In this document: in pieces, positions 34,682-47,643 of the stretch
How positions within the stretch are numbered: position 1 is the stretch's first letter
How the letters are laid out: each line of letters starts with the position of its first letter
Assembly: GCF_964204865.1 (NCBI RefSeq)
Contig: NC_135254.1
Coordinates: forward strand, 14,632,001-14,696,000
Direction of reading: 5' to 3'
DNA from: Styela clava
Taxonomy: Eukaryota
Length of the DNA: 64,000 bases
The notes under the pieces: model-generated
What the model was told of the DNA's origin: nothing
What the model saw: only the letters and a program-made list of their open reading frames with translations
Database searches by the model: none
Made by a program: the position numbers and the translations under genes

Positions 34682-37133
34682 ATGTCTCAAAAATTTGTGA
34701 GATTGAATACCGGCCACAATATGCCTCTTGCAGCATTTGGAACTTGGAATGTAGGTTTGAATTGCATATATTTTTAAAGTTTCGCATCGTTCGTTTTTAC
34801 ATACGCTGTGTATCCAACAATGTCTTAAATGTGGAGCATATCAAGTGCTTGTTGATTTAGAATTTTAAGGTGTTATGTTTATATCTACCTTCAAAATTCA
34901 TTCTATTTGATTCATGATTTTTGCTGCACACTAACTCAAATATGTTTCTGCAACGTTGTCTCTATTGTTCTAATAAGTTCTAAACTAAAGTATAAGCATC
35001 AACGTTTTTTTAATGAAACACACTCCTATATAAGTAAATTATTTAGTTGTTTTGTTTTCTGTTGCTTTTTATTTTATATGATTCCTGGACATACTTTTTT
35101 AAAATTTTCACTGTTTATCTTCTTTCGCTTTTCTTTACCTAAATCTACCTTTCACTCTTCAATCTACTAACAGATCGGAAGCATGGACGTTGGCCCAGCA
35201 ATCAAACAGGCGATAGAAGTCGGATATCGACATATTGATACATCATGGATGTATGGCAATGAGAAAGAAATTGGAAGTACCCTACAGGAATTGTATGATG
35301 AGTCAAAACTTCGCAGAAAAGATTTATTCATCACAAGTAAAGTAAGAGCTCACATTTTGCAGCCAGAAAAAGCTGCTCAACTTCTAACAGATAATTTTAA
35401 TTCATCTTTTTTATTTAGTTATCTCAATATTTTCACGATAAACAAGAAGTGAGAAATGGATTAATGGAAAGTTTGAAAGATTTACAAACTGACTACCTTG
35501 ACTTGTTTTTAATGCACAATCCATGTGCCTACGAGGTAGGTGGAGGGTTATCATCAGCGACCATCTTTACTACTCGCAACCTATTTTTAACACTGCTTTT
35601 AGCATTATAACTCATCATCACAAATGTCATTTTATTACTACTTCTTATTTTACTCTTCCTGGTCCTTGTTTTCTTTTTCACATCACTGGACACAAAGTAG
35701 ATCTATACATCGTTTTCCAAAATGTTGTTCTTGTTGAGGTTGCTTTTGCTGCAACTAATGAATCAATCGAATTCAAAATTTTGGTAAAGCTTTTATTTTC
35801 TCAATTTTTTTTTTATTGCTATGGCGTCTTATATTTTACCGTAAATTTGGCAAAGTTTGCGTATATTGCACCACTACGTATCATTCTGACAGGGTAATCT
35901 AGCAACCTTTTATGCACTCGGCGATCGGCTGAAAAGTTAGCAGTAACAATATAAATTGCTACAGCGGAAACGAAGAAACGCCGAATTTGAGCCTTATATT
36001 AGTCATTCTACTTTCGTGTCCATATATTTGAGCCCTTTTGCTGCCATTTAACAACCTTTTTTTTCTATTCAAACCTTTCCTTCACTTTCTGTACGAATAT
36101 GTTGATACAAATTTCATTTTTCAGAAGGGCGAAGTACCAAAACCAGGACAGCTGGATTTTGTTCATAATAATGAAGTGCATTATCTTGATACGTGGAAGG
36201 TGGCGTTTTTTTTCTTTTTAGTTTCGCTTTTTATTGACATGTAATAGTGTATGCGATAATTTTGAAATATATTTAAAAGGAAATGGAAAAATTACAAAAG
36301 GAAGGATTAGTTCGTAGCATTGGTGTCTCCAACTGCAATGAATACCAAATCAATAAAGTAATCAATGAAAGTTCAACAATTCCAGCCGTTCATCAAACCG
36401 AATCGTATCCTTATTTGACTGAAGAAAGTCATGCGCAGTTTTGTTCAAAAAATGGAATTGAAATGGAAGCTTACGCTGTTTTAGGATCACCTGGAAGATT
36501 CTGGTTAGGAATTACTTTATTAAATTATTAAATTTAGCTATCATTATAGCACATCAAATTCTTTTTGCTGCTCAGGGCACCCAAAGATGATGAAGACGTT
36601 CTTGCAGACAAAGTTTTACGAGACATTGCTAGTAAATATGAAAGAACTACAGCGCAAATTGCAATCAGATTTCAGATTCAACGAGGGGTTGGTGCAGTTG
36701 CTAAAAGTGCGAATCCTGACAGAATAAGAACCAATTTCAAAGTGAGAATATTTATTGTACATACGCCTTGTTTTATCACAAACATGTGGAATTTGTTACG
36801 TTACTATATTGCCAGATTTCCAAAAATATTAAAGGTTTTCATCAAATCGGAAGAAAGTTTAAATAGTTCCTATATATTATTCAAATAGAGTTTATAATCC
36901 ACATACTCGAATAAATAATATTTTCAGGTATTCGATTTTACATTGTCTGTAGAGGATATGAATGCAATCTATACATTAAACAAAAATTTAAGAAGATTTG
37001 CAATGGAGTGGTGAGGATATTAATTTTTTTTTTCATTTATTATTATGCGAAACAAACTAAAATTTTAGTTTATACCATCAGGAACAAAGGGCACAAGTAT
37101 TGGGCGCATCAGGAAAATTACACGGAAGACTGA
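34682..37133 (+). CDS. Aldo-keto reductase (AKR1-like), 317 aa
   Basis: Exons 34682-34750, 35174-35341, 35419-35535, 36125-36199, 36280-36503, 36576-36741, 36928-37010, 37082-37133. Motifs FGTW, GYRHIDTSWMYGNE, LFITSK, DYLDLFLMHNP, GLVRSIGVSN, AQIAIRFQIQRG, VFDFTLS; catalytic D/Y/K/H tetrad present. Confidence 0.95.
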
Positions 37134-38808
37134 AATGACAATGAAATCTTCGAAAAAAAGATTCCACGTCATCTTTATCAAAGGTTCCTCGAAAAATGAT
37201 AGAGAATAAGATTTTATCCGAGAGATGAAAAAATGAACAATGACGTGGCATATTATGCTAATACATGTACTGAATTTCATGAAAAAAATTGCTTTTGGTT
37301 GTTAATTCTGTTTTGATGCTATTTCAGCAAACGGCCCATGTAAGATGATTATATAAAAATGTAGATATTGTGACTTTTTATTCCAGTACAAAGTTTTACG
37401 TTAGTATGATGTAGGCTATTTTAGATGGCCATATTTGGTGCGCCACGGAAAGATTAAATTCTTTTGAAGACATTTAAAATTTTCAAGCTGGCGCATTAGC
37501 AAATTTTCAATTCGTCACAGATGCCAGTTTAGCTATCCGGAAGGCTTCATCGGATAAACCGATAAAATTAGTAATACCGGACATTCGTTAATAACATTTA
37601 ATAACTTAGCTTTAATGTGTGAGTGCTGGATAAATTTTTAGTAATTTGAAAACTAAATTGAAACACTTATCAGAAATATCATTTTGTTGGGAAAAACCAG
37701 CGTTCAGAAATATGTTAGGATTTGTTTTTTCGAAACTTAACATTGAAAATTTTGTTTAAACATTTTGCAATAAATAGCGCTAAAAACTTTCTATATCTAT
37801 ATATCAAACTTGGCTATAAAAGTCAAAATAAATAAACACTAGGTAGAAACTTCTAGATATCATCTTGAGATGGAACAAATTATTGAAGAGCCCGCGTCTC
37901 TATTTTCGGGTTATCGTGGTGCCATCTTAAATGGCGATATCACGACCCGCAGTTGATGCGTTGTAATGCCGTCGGGAGCAAACTCGTTTATACTTTTCCC
38001 TACTTTTTTTCTATAAAATTGCTGAAAAACTGGTTTTCCTTTTTTCTCTACTAAGTTTTATAATCTAAAAATCGTCAATTTTTATTCTCTCTGCATGAAT
38101 CAGGTAATTCGTCTAAGTTTTGAATACATATATATTATATATATGCGTTGTCAGTGCAAATCATCAAAATAGGTAACGACAGCCAAACACCCCTTACTCT
38201 ATTCAATAAATCTAAAATAAACAATATCATTTTTTTTTCAATTGGTCATGATTTTAGGCGGTTTCATTTGTAGGCTGGAATGTGCCGTCATATTTTGTTT
38301 TAATGGTTGACATTCGCAATACTATGTTTGGCAGAATTATTTCAGCTTTTGGAGAATATAATTGCGTTCCTGCCATCAGCTTAATTTTTTTAATCCTTGA
38401 AATATGTAAAGCTGACATACGGGTATTAATTCAAAAACAAAACAATAGTACCAAAGTTGAAATAAATGGCATTTTTCAAAATTTTGGAACTCATTTAAAC
38501 TGACAGGACGAGGAGTTAGTATTAGGTATAAACTGAAGGACCAAGTTCGTATATAAAATCCATATAAGTAATGAAAATATTATAAAGGTCAATGTTGTCA
38601 TCGTTATGCGTTGGCTATGACGTGGATTGAATTAACGGCGTTTTATTCAAAATGCTAGTTATTCTGAGTGGCACGATACAACGACCGTAAATATTAAATT
38701 TGGAGCTATGAAAATGTTAATCATTTATTTTATATAATCGACTCGCCCATTTTAGATATTAATAAGAGTATAGCCTCGATCTCCAACAGTTTAGACTGCG
38801 CATTACTA

Positions 38809-39157
38809 CCGTGTTTCCCCGAAAATAAGACTCGGTCGTATTTCAATTTTCTTCAGAAAAATAGGACTTATTTTCGGGGGATGTCTTATATTTTATCAGA
38901 AACAAAATTACAAAGTAGAGAATTACGCTATTTTCAAATATACAAAATATGAAAACCGATATCCATTTACTTTCCACGTTTTTGTTCAAAATAACTGCAA
39001 AACACATATTATCAACCATTTAAAACCTCTGGGACAGATTTCTTGCTATCGGCTTGGTCAAAAAAAAAATTTCGCGTTCTTGACTAGGTCTTATTTTAAG
39101 GGGAGGGTTTGTATTGATATCATTTTCATCTAAGGTCTAATTTTCGGGGAAACATGT
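38809..39157. mobile_element. pogo/Tc2-like MITE
   Basis: TA|ccgtgtttccccgaaaataagac ... gtctaattttcggggaaacatgt|TA; internal repeats of cttattttcgggg. Confidence 0.85.
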
Positions 39158-42100
39158 TAACATGTCAGAATAAGTCATTGCATACTTGATCAAGAAACAA
39201 AATAATAGCATAAAATATGTATGACAAATTTGCTAATTTATTGTGAGCCTTTTATTCTAGCTGTCCTACATAATGTGTTCAGGATTTTTCTAAAATTTGG
39301 ACTTGTGGTCAATATTTAAGTACAATAGAGCGGAAAGATCTGGCAACGGCATTCGGTTATCGTACAAAGACTGCCAGTATACAGAGATAGTGCATATTCT
39401 GAATTCATGTATTGGTATGATGACCTAGTTTACGTCGAAAGTATAAGCAATTCCAAGACAATACAGCGCAATCACGTCCGAGGAAAGGAATCTTCAAATT
39501 AAAATGCAATTAAAAGTACATCACGCTTAATTACCTCACCATTAAAATACTTTTACACGGTCAATTAACTCTTAAAACCGTGGGACATAATATTCTATTC
39601 AGAGAAGAAGATTATCCTATCTGAATGGTGTTCATATCCGAATATTATAGCATTCAAGAATATATTTTGAAATGAGTTCGAATATTATAATCAGTTCTAT
39701 TGCACTGAAAAATGATATAAGTTATTGCACTGCAAAAATGGTGCACATTATAAAAACAAGTTATATATATCATATCAATTCCATATATGTCTAATATGCA
39801 AAGTGAACATTGTTTATAATCCGTGTAGAAACGAAATATTACCTATGTTGCGAATTTTTTGGAATAGGTTTAAAAATTTCCTTTTCAATATAACAATTCC
39901 TTTGACAGGGGCTTTTAGCATCATAGCGAATTTAGCGCAAGTTCAGATACCCACAATATAATGTATAATTCAATATGTTTAGGTTTAAGGTCCGAAATTG
40001 CCTGCATTCGATACTTTGCCTTTGGTAATGCTTCATATTTTATTGATAATCGGTATTTTAGGCTCACCAGTTCATTGCTAAGCATTGCTTGACCTCAAAA
40101 TACCACTGGTGGGTTTTAAAGCTACTTGTACGACAATTTTGCATACTTATATCGTGTTGCTTCAATGCATTTTGAGTCTTTTGCGATTGTCGTACGGCAC
40201 ACACCTAAATCGAAGGAAAAACAACAAAATGGTAGCACAATTTGCAAATGTAATCTACCTATATCATCGTTGAACAACTCATGATTATTTTAACAAAACT
40301 GACACGAAAATGCGAATTGATGCTTTTTTTGTTTTTTAATATTTAGGGAACATAACTTGACTCGAAGAAGATGACTTTATTGTCCAATTACCAATCATTA
40401 TTTTAATACTAATGGGGTGTTCGACATAAAAAATAGATGTGAACAGTAAAATATGGATTAAGGTAGGCTATGTAAACAGATAACGTAATGACTTATAAGT
40501 AAATCTTATAAGATTTACCAGTCTTTCTAAATTGGTTAACTTAAAAGGTTATCATATCTAACTATACATTATGAACTATGATATTCTAAACACCATGTAC
40601 GACGTTGTACAAGACATTTGAAACCTCAATGGACAATTCATTCCATGCTTTAGGCGTCATACGATCTCGCAATACAACATATCGCATGTCAACAAGATAA
40701 ACTACCTAAATTACAAACAAACTTTCTACATAGAAAGTTATCACACATGACAGATAGAAAAGGCAATGCTGAAATACACGGTTTAGCCATGGGCCAATAA
40801 AGATAAAAGAAAAGTGTTTATGACCTTGCCACACTTTCTAAGAAAGGAATTTTCATTTACAATCGCCACCTTGACCCTCAGTTACTTCGCAGCTGTTTAT
40901 TATAAGTCCGTTAGAAAACGTTGTTATTGCAATACTTACTGTCATAATTTATTGTAGTCATTCCTATATCGCGGCGAAGATTTATAGTAAGAGAGTTAAA
41001 GATACAATAATAACTATTTCGAAAGACTTTAGGCACCCCCTCCATCTGTTTATCACATGTGTTTTCATCTAAAAATGTGTTTGGAGCATGTTAGGAACTT
41101 TAGAATAAAGTCGTGAAACACAAAAAGTGTTACTTTATCCCTTATATAAAAAAAAACGATGCGATATTCTTACACATAACTCGACTTTTATACATTACGG
41201 CCGTACACATTTGCGCTACGTAATTTGGGCGCGTTTTAGTGGAAAGCGACGAAAATAAGCTTTTTAAGGACACATTAATGATGTCTTTGGCATTTTTGGT
41301 TGGTGAAATATTAAAAAAATTATAGAGGGGTGTCAAAATGACCCAGGAACACCAGCGGTCAATAGGTTCGCTTAAAGAACAAGCGCAAATAAAAACTTCA
41401 TATCTGCTTCATGAAATGCTCAGAATTTACTTGCCAAGAACGACAATATTTATAAAATTTGCTGTGTATGAAGACGCATTAGTTTATAACTGTTTAAAAT
41501 TTTCAAAATACCAGTAAAATAGTTGTGTAACATTGTTAGCGTAGCAATAATATATATTTGATATTTTCATGGTTTAAGTGTCTGTAGAAAATTTATTTTG
41601 AAAATTTCATAAAAGTAACAAATAAATTTTCGTAACTCAATAAAAAAGAAAGATGAACCACAAATTCAATAAAGATTCAATAGGGATGTTCATACAAATA
41701 TCTCTAATCACCAGTCACTGAACAATATTTTGCTTATAAAAATATAGAAAATAATATTTAGAAGAAAAAGTAGGTATATGGTCATCTATTGTTGTCTATT
41801 GTTCACTATTGTCATTTACTTCGTTTTATTTCGTGTCATATTGCATAAACTTAATAGTTTCAATCCGGGCACTCACGCTTAATGGGACTATAATATCTCA
41901 CTGAACCTTGGTGAACTCAAGAGATTTTAAATATTTATAAAAAACATCGAACTTATATAATTTGGCCTGCGCATTGTCATAATTTCGGGTGCGCTATTAT
42001 AATTTTGGGCGCCAGGCGTTTTTTGAATTAATTTGTATATTTGGATAACGTCGTTTCGTAACGATCAAGTACAACAAAAGGAACTGATATAGATGATAAA

Positions 42101-45100
42101 AACTGATTGTTGAAAATTGCTTTGTCGGAAATGAACCATAGGTGGGTTGAGTTTTTCTCAGATGTCTTAAAATAAGTTTTGCTAAAAAATACATTTTTAT
42201 GTGTTTGCCTATTTTTAAAAAATTATAATACGTTTTTGTTAACAAATTGGATTGAACAATTTAAGGTTTTTAGTGTTTGTGTGTTCGGTGATGCTTTTTT
42301 TAAATATCTACTATTTCAATTACCTTTTCAATATGTATGTTTAAATGTATGTTGAAGGAAAAAAAAATGCCAAAATTACATTAAATTCTTTTACAGCGAC
42401 TATTATAAAGGCCGATCCTAGTTAAAATATACGGTAATACGAAAATCGCCTAATTGGTCAAAAACGGACACAACATGTCGTCATATTAATTTCGTCAACA
42501 GCGTTCAATTTTGTCATTTGCCAAACAAAATTGCACAGAGGAGGCGCCAATTGAAAATTCAGTATCCTGCTAAGGAGCGCACTTTGTAATTTTTTTTATT
42601 ATTTATTATAGATGAATATCTCCGTAATAAGAAAATTCGCATCGGTTCAGAAATTCAGGTGTACAATTTGCACGTATGAGAGATAGTTACGTCGAAGTAA
42701 AAGTGTAGCCTGAGGCGACTCGACTCTTTTGCATTAGCAATTCATATATAATTGGCATACACATTGCGAAACGAATTCATTATGTTGCGATGCTTAGTGA
42801 AAAATACTCGTTTCCTCAACTGGAAGCTTCTGGCGTTCCGGAACGATGCAAGAAGCGGGGTACAAGGGAAAAGTGATGCCAAATGCATAGATGCCTTGGC
42901 AAATAGATGCCACGGCACATGAAAAAATATCTAGACAGTGGAAGTGTAAAAAAATATCTGGGATATGAAATCGTGTAGCTATTCAGTACAAACTTGATTT
43001 TTAAATTTAGGGATTTATTTAGACAAATTCCACTTCCATGTAGAAACTTAAATCGTATTTGAATTACCAAGATAACTTTATATTTCCAATTTTAAGTGCT
43101 CCAGTAATCTTTTTTTACCCTGAAAATAATTTTGCTATGCGAAATAACAGAGCTATCAAAATTAAAACGAAAAATTACTAATTGTTTTTAAATTGAATCT
43201 AGCTAAATTTATTTTGATGAATGTTCATTGATATAATTAGAAAATTTCAATTTCTTAGAGTTTTCACTTTAACTGTGCACTTGAATTAGCTTCCGAAAAA
43301 GTTGCGGTTTTTATTTTAATTATTAGATTGCTTAAAAATTGTTACATCAGGCAGACGACAAGATTTTCGACAATGATATGCTTTGTACACAGTTAATCAA
43401 CAGATTGACTCTAGTAAATTGCATAGCGTAGACAATGCTCCAGCGGAAAAAAAATTCACTAACGTGCTATTGTATTAGGAACTTTGAAATAATGTTTTTC
43501 TTTGTTCTATTTTGAAAACAGGTGCTGAAATAAAGCGTCCGTTAATATACTAATTACTAGCATTTTTTTATAAAGTATAAAGTTCCAATCACGAGAAAGA
43601 AAATCAAAGCAGAACTTTCAGGTAAAATTATATTTTATTATTTTAAAATAAAACCTAATTTAACATTGATATTTTTGCCTATCAATTTTATTAAAACAGT
43701 TTCGGTATCCCAAATTCTTGGCACAAAACATATGTGAAAGTACGAAAAACCTTTTTAAGAAAGAATTTAACTCTTTAAATTTCCATTACATGAATAAATT
43801 TTTTCGTATATACTTAAAATATATTGTTTTTTAAGAGAATAAATAATTTATAAATAAAAAGATTAATATTGAAGTGATGACGCTGTTTTGATCGGCATTA
43901 TCTAAGCACTTGAAAAGATTTATTTTATTCCACTCGGCAAAACAAAATGCTTAATTAAAGTCTCCATAAACTCCCATAAGTATGTATCAAGTCAAATTTA
44001 CCGTCAAGGTGTATTTCTCAACATGAATACGTTATTACATAGATAAAAGATGTTATTTTTTTCGTCAAAATGTGAATATTTTCAAATTATGAAAAAGGGA
44101 AAATATTTCTCTGATTACATGTCTGATGTAATGAGATTTTATCCGCTAAAGAATTTTTATAAAGCAATGTTTTGCTCATTAACACGATTAGATATGTTAT
44201 AGGAAACGCACTAAATTCAAGATAACGAGAAAATGTATGAAAACTGTTTTTACTTATATAGGTAATGCTTCGTGGCAAAAGAAGATTAGCGCCATATTGC
44301 TACGCCGTGCAATATTTATTCTCCATTTTAACTTATTCTCTTTCATTATGCAATTCCGTCGTTTTACAATTTAATACAACCAGGAAGTCTCTATAATTCG
44401 ACCATAAATTATTTAAAGTGTCTTTGCCTTTATTTGACTGCCATAAGCATGAGGTAAAAACTTATCCATAGGTATAATAAAGTGTGACTCTTGTTTGAAA
44501 TATAAATTATTTAAATTGTTTGATTAGCCTGGAACAAGGTAAAACGAAACGGGCGCGCTGTGAATTTTTACTTATATTATTGCTCAAAAAAATTATTTGA
44601 AATTTTGAAGCCTAGAAATATCCATGTTTAATGCATAGCACAGAATATTACAATTTTCAATGATAATTTTATTGGAATAGGGAAAATTGAAAAATTAATT
44701 TGGCTTTTAAATTTGTACGCAAGTCTTTTAACGGTAAAATAATTCTATATTTAAGAATGTTTACCATAATAATGGCATGCTATATATTTTCGTCTTTATA
44801 AAAATTCCACCATTTATAACAACGAAATTTTAGTTCAACATTTTCCGATTTTATGACCACAACTGCTATACTTGTTCTTGTATGTCTGTAATTTTTCACA
44901 ATTGAATTTCAATAACAATGCGCGTAAAAATTGGCGACCAAACAAATCATTAGCCAATAAGTTGTAAAATTAATTTGCTTGCAGATTACAAATTACATTT
45001 CAGTGCACAGCGACTAAATGAAAATCAATTTCGCTTTATTAAAACGTGTATTGAAACGTTTTATGATCACTTCGGAAATGTTTGTATAAACAAAGTTGTT

Positions 45101-46189
45101 ATTGCGCATAATGAATTGTAAACAAATAATAATACAATTTTATTAGTTGTTGTGTATCATATCTGGATAGGGACAAAACAATCTATTGTTATATATTTTG
45201 GTATCTGCTTCAGAGGACGGGGATTAACTGATTTGTTTTCTTTCTATTATATAATTAATTCTTTCAAACTTTTCAAATTTTATGAAAACTTGTTAGTGCT
45301 CCTGCATTTCTCACACGTTTATTTTCCCAGGCTCATGTTGGAGTGATAAAAACGAATCAAAAAATAAATTTAAAAATGACACGCAAATGAAAAGTTTCAA
45401 AAAATAAACGTAAACTCTGTTTAATATTTCGAATCTGACCTGAAAAAAAAATCAACAATACTTTGTATTATCTGCCTTAACCACTTATCTCGCAAGTAGA
45501 ATTAGCCATTTTTACACTCAGGGTCAAAACGTTCGAATCGTAAAAAACTCAAGGCCATTAGATAAGGAAGTTAGGTCAAGGTAATTTCAATTATGGTCAA
45601 AAAGGTCCTCGTAAAGATTTGACATACTGTTTATTTTACCACATAGAAAGACATCACTTTAAAAAGCTTAATTAGTAGTAGCTATAAACTATTTGAAGCA
45701 TTTAAAGTTAATGGATTATTTTTCTTTGCTTGAAGCATGGCTAATGGATATTGATTGTGTCTTATAGTCACACCTATATAGGCACACCTATGGAAACAAT
45801 TCAATAATCAGCGCGGTAAGGGTGAATACTACAAGAAATCGCAACTCAAAATTTCTAATCACTATTTTAGAAGTTTGACTTCTAGTTTGCGTGTTGCGTT
45901 CCAATTCACAAATTTCTAAAATGAGTTGAGAGGTCATATAATCAATCAAGTTTATTGTGCGAAAGTTTTTCAAAATAGATTAGGAACAAATTGGTTTGTA
46001 AGTTTTATTACTACTGTGTTTCCGATTCGTTATTGATTGATTACAGATTAGAAATCCTTTGTCGAATATCAATGCGCAAAAATGTACTCTGATGATAACA
46101 ACTTCTAAATATATCACTAAATGAAAGAGAACGACGATCGTGTACAGTCGAGTCCTTAACATATCCAGTAAGAAGTATCGAAAATAAAA

Positions 46190-46301
46190 GATGCCCCCGT
46201 GGCATGTGCATCAAGATGGCGCACAACCTGAACATAGTATGTGTACCAGGTTAGGGTTATCAGGTTGTGCGCCATCTTGGTGCACATACTACGAAAGCGC
46301 C
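46190..46301. mobile_element. 112-bp palindromic Merlin-like MITE
   Basis: Same TIR family, long arms (caagatggcgcacaacctga / tcaggttgtgcgccatcttg), perfect 8-bp TSD aaataaaa. Confidence 0.8.
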
Positions 46302-47643
46302 AAATAAAACATATAAATATACTGTGCCCTGTAGAGTTTTGTGTGTATAATTTACTAACTGAAGATGGACGAAAGTTCTCCCCAGGAAAAAAGAACGTTG
46401 ACTTTCGGGTATTGTTCATTCTGTTAAAATCATCAAAAAATGAAAAAGACTTGCCCTGTTATTATTCGCCGATAATCTTTCGTTATTAGTGAGACTACAT
46501 TTTACAAAACAATAGCCCTTATCGAAACTTTTTCTGATGGAATGCCAATTGGATATCTAGAAGACCGATTACTCATTAAATAAATGAAATTCCACACGCA
46601 TAAATGTCACGTCTTGGTCAATTTGAAAATACAAAGCAGTATAAAATTACCGAGTGGAATTTGGCTTTTACAAAATGACGCATCAAACGCAGATTAAACC
46701 TACAGCCACATATTCAAACCAGACATTTAATGACCGGTTGCCACGATGTTCGGACATTAAAAGACAAAATTGTTAGTTTAACAACATAAAATTAAAAGTT
46801 CCTTTCGATAATTGCCGATATTGGTAATATTAGGGGTTGTCGTATTTCAAATCTGTTGTAGCAAAGGAGATTTGAAATTCAAATATATCAAAATCTCCAT
46901 TGAGTCATTTTACCATCAAAATTTATCATTCTAAAGTTTTCTCGGGATAATATATATGCAATTTCACGTCATTTTTTTAACAGAAACTATTATACCTATT
47001 TGTCACATAATATTTTCGCAAAGTAAAAAAGTACGTAAATCTCTAAAACGTACTTTTATCAAATTTAATTTGACAATATTTATCACCAAAATTGTCCTCT
47101 AGAGATCTGCCTCCAAATTTTTAATGAAATGTCAAATATAAGTCCGATAGGTTAATCCGAGCTAAATAAAATATCGAAAAAATGTTAAAAGCATCAAAAA
47201 TATGGCAACACAATATGATTGTAATAAAAAAGGTGAATTAATAGCGGAAAAAGAAATAAGAACACAGTTGGCATTTTCATATTTAACAAAAAACCATTGA
47301 CAGCATTTTTGTACTTGCCTGGGGCCACGTCAATTATCTGCCGATTTATTTTTACACAAAGCGACAAAAAATTTTAAATTGTTGATTTTTGCCAAAAAAG
47401 ATTCTCGATTCCTGTGATAATATCTATTGTATTCTACGTGTAAGTCGATGTTATTTCAAACCATTTAACATGAAAAATTGATTGGAAATTCTGATTGTAG
47501 TCACTCTATGAACAGTTGACATATAGCTTTGTTTTTTTTTATTGAATTCTCAATAATTTTTCCAATAAAACCTCCAATGGCTTAGAATCTTGACTCTTGT
47601 CGCCATCTTGCGGATTATTATAACAGAATTTATTTTTTCCAGA

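Noticed and set aside
41140-41370. piggyBac MITE end (gggtgtcaaaatgaccc)
   Set aside because: No TTAA-flanked TIR pair could be identified.
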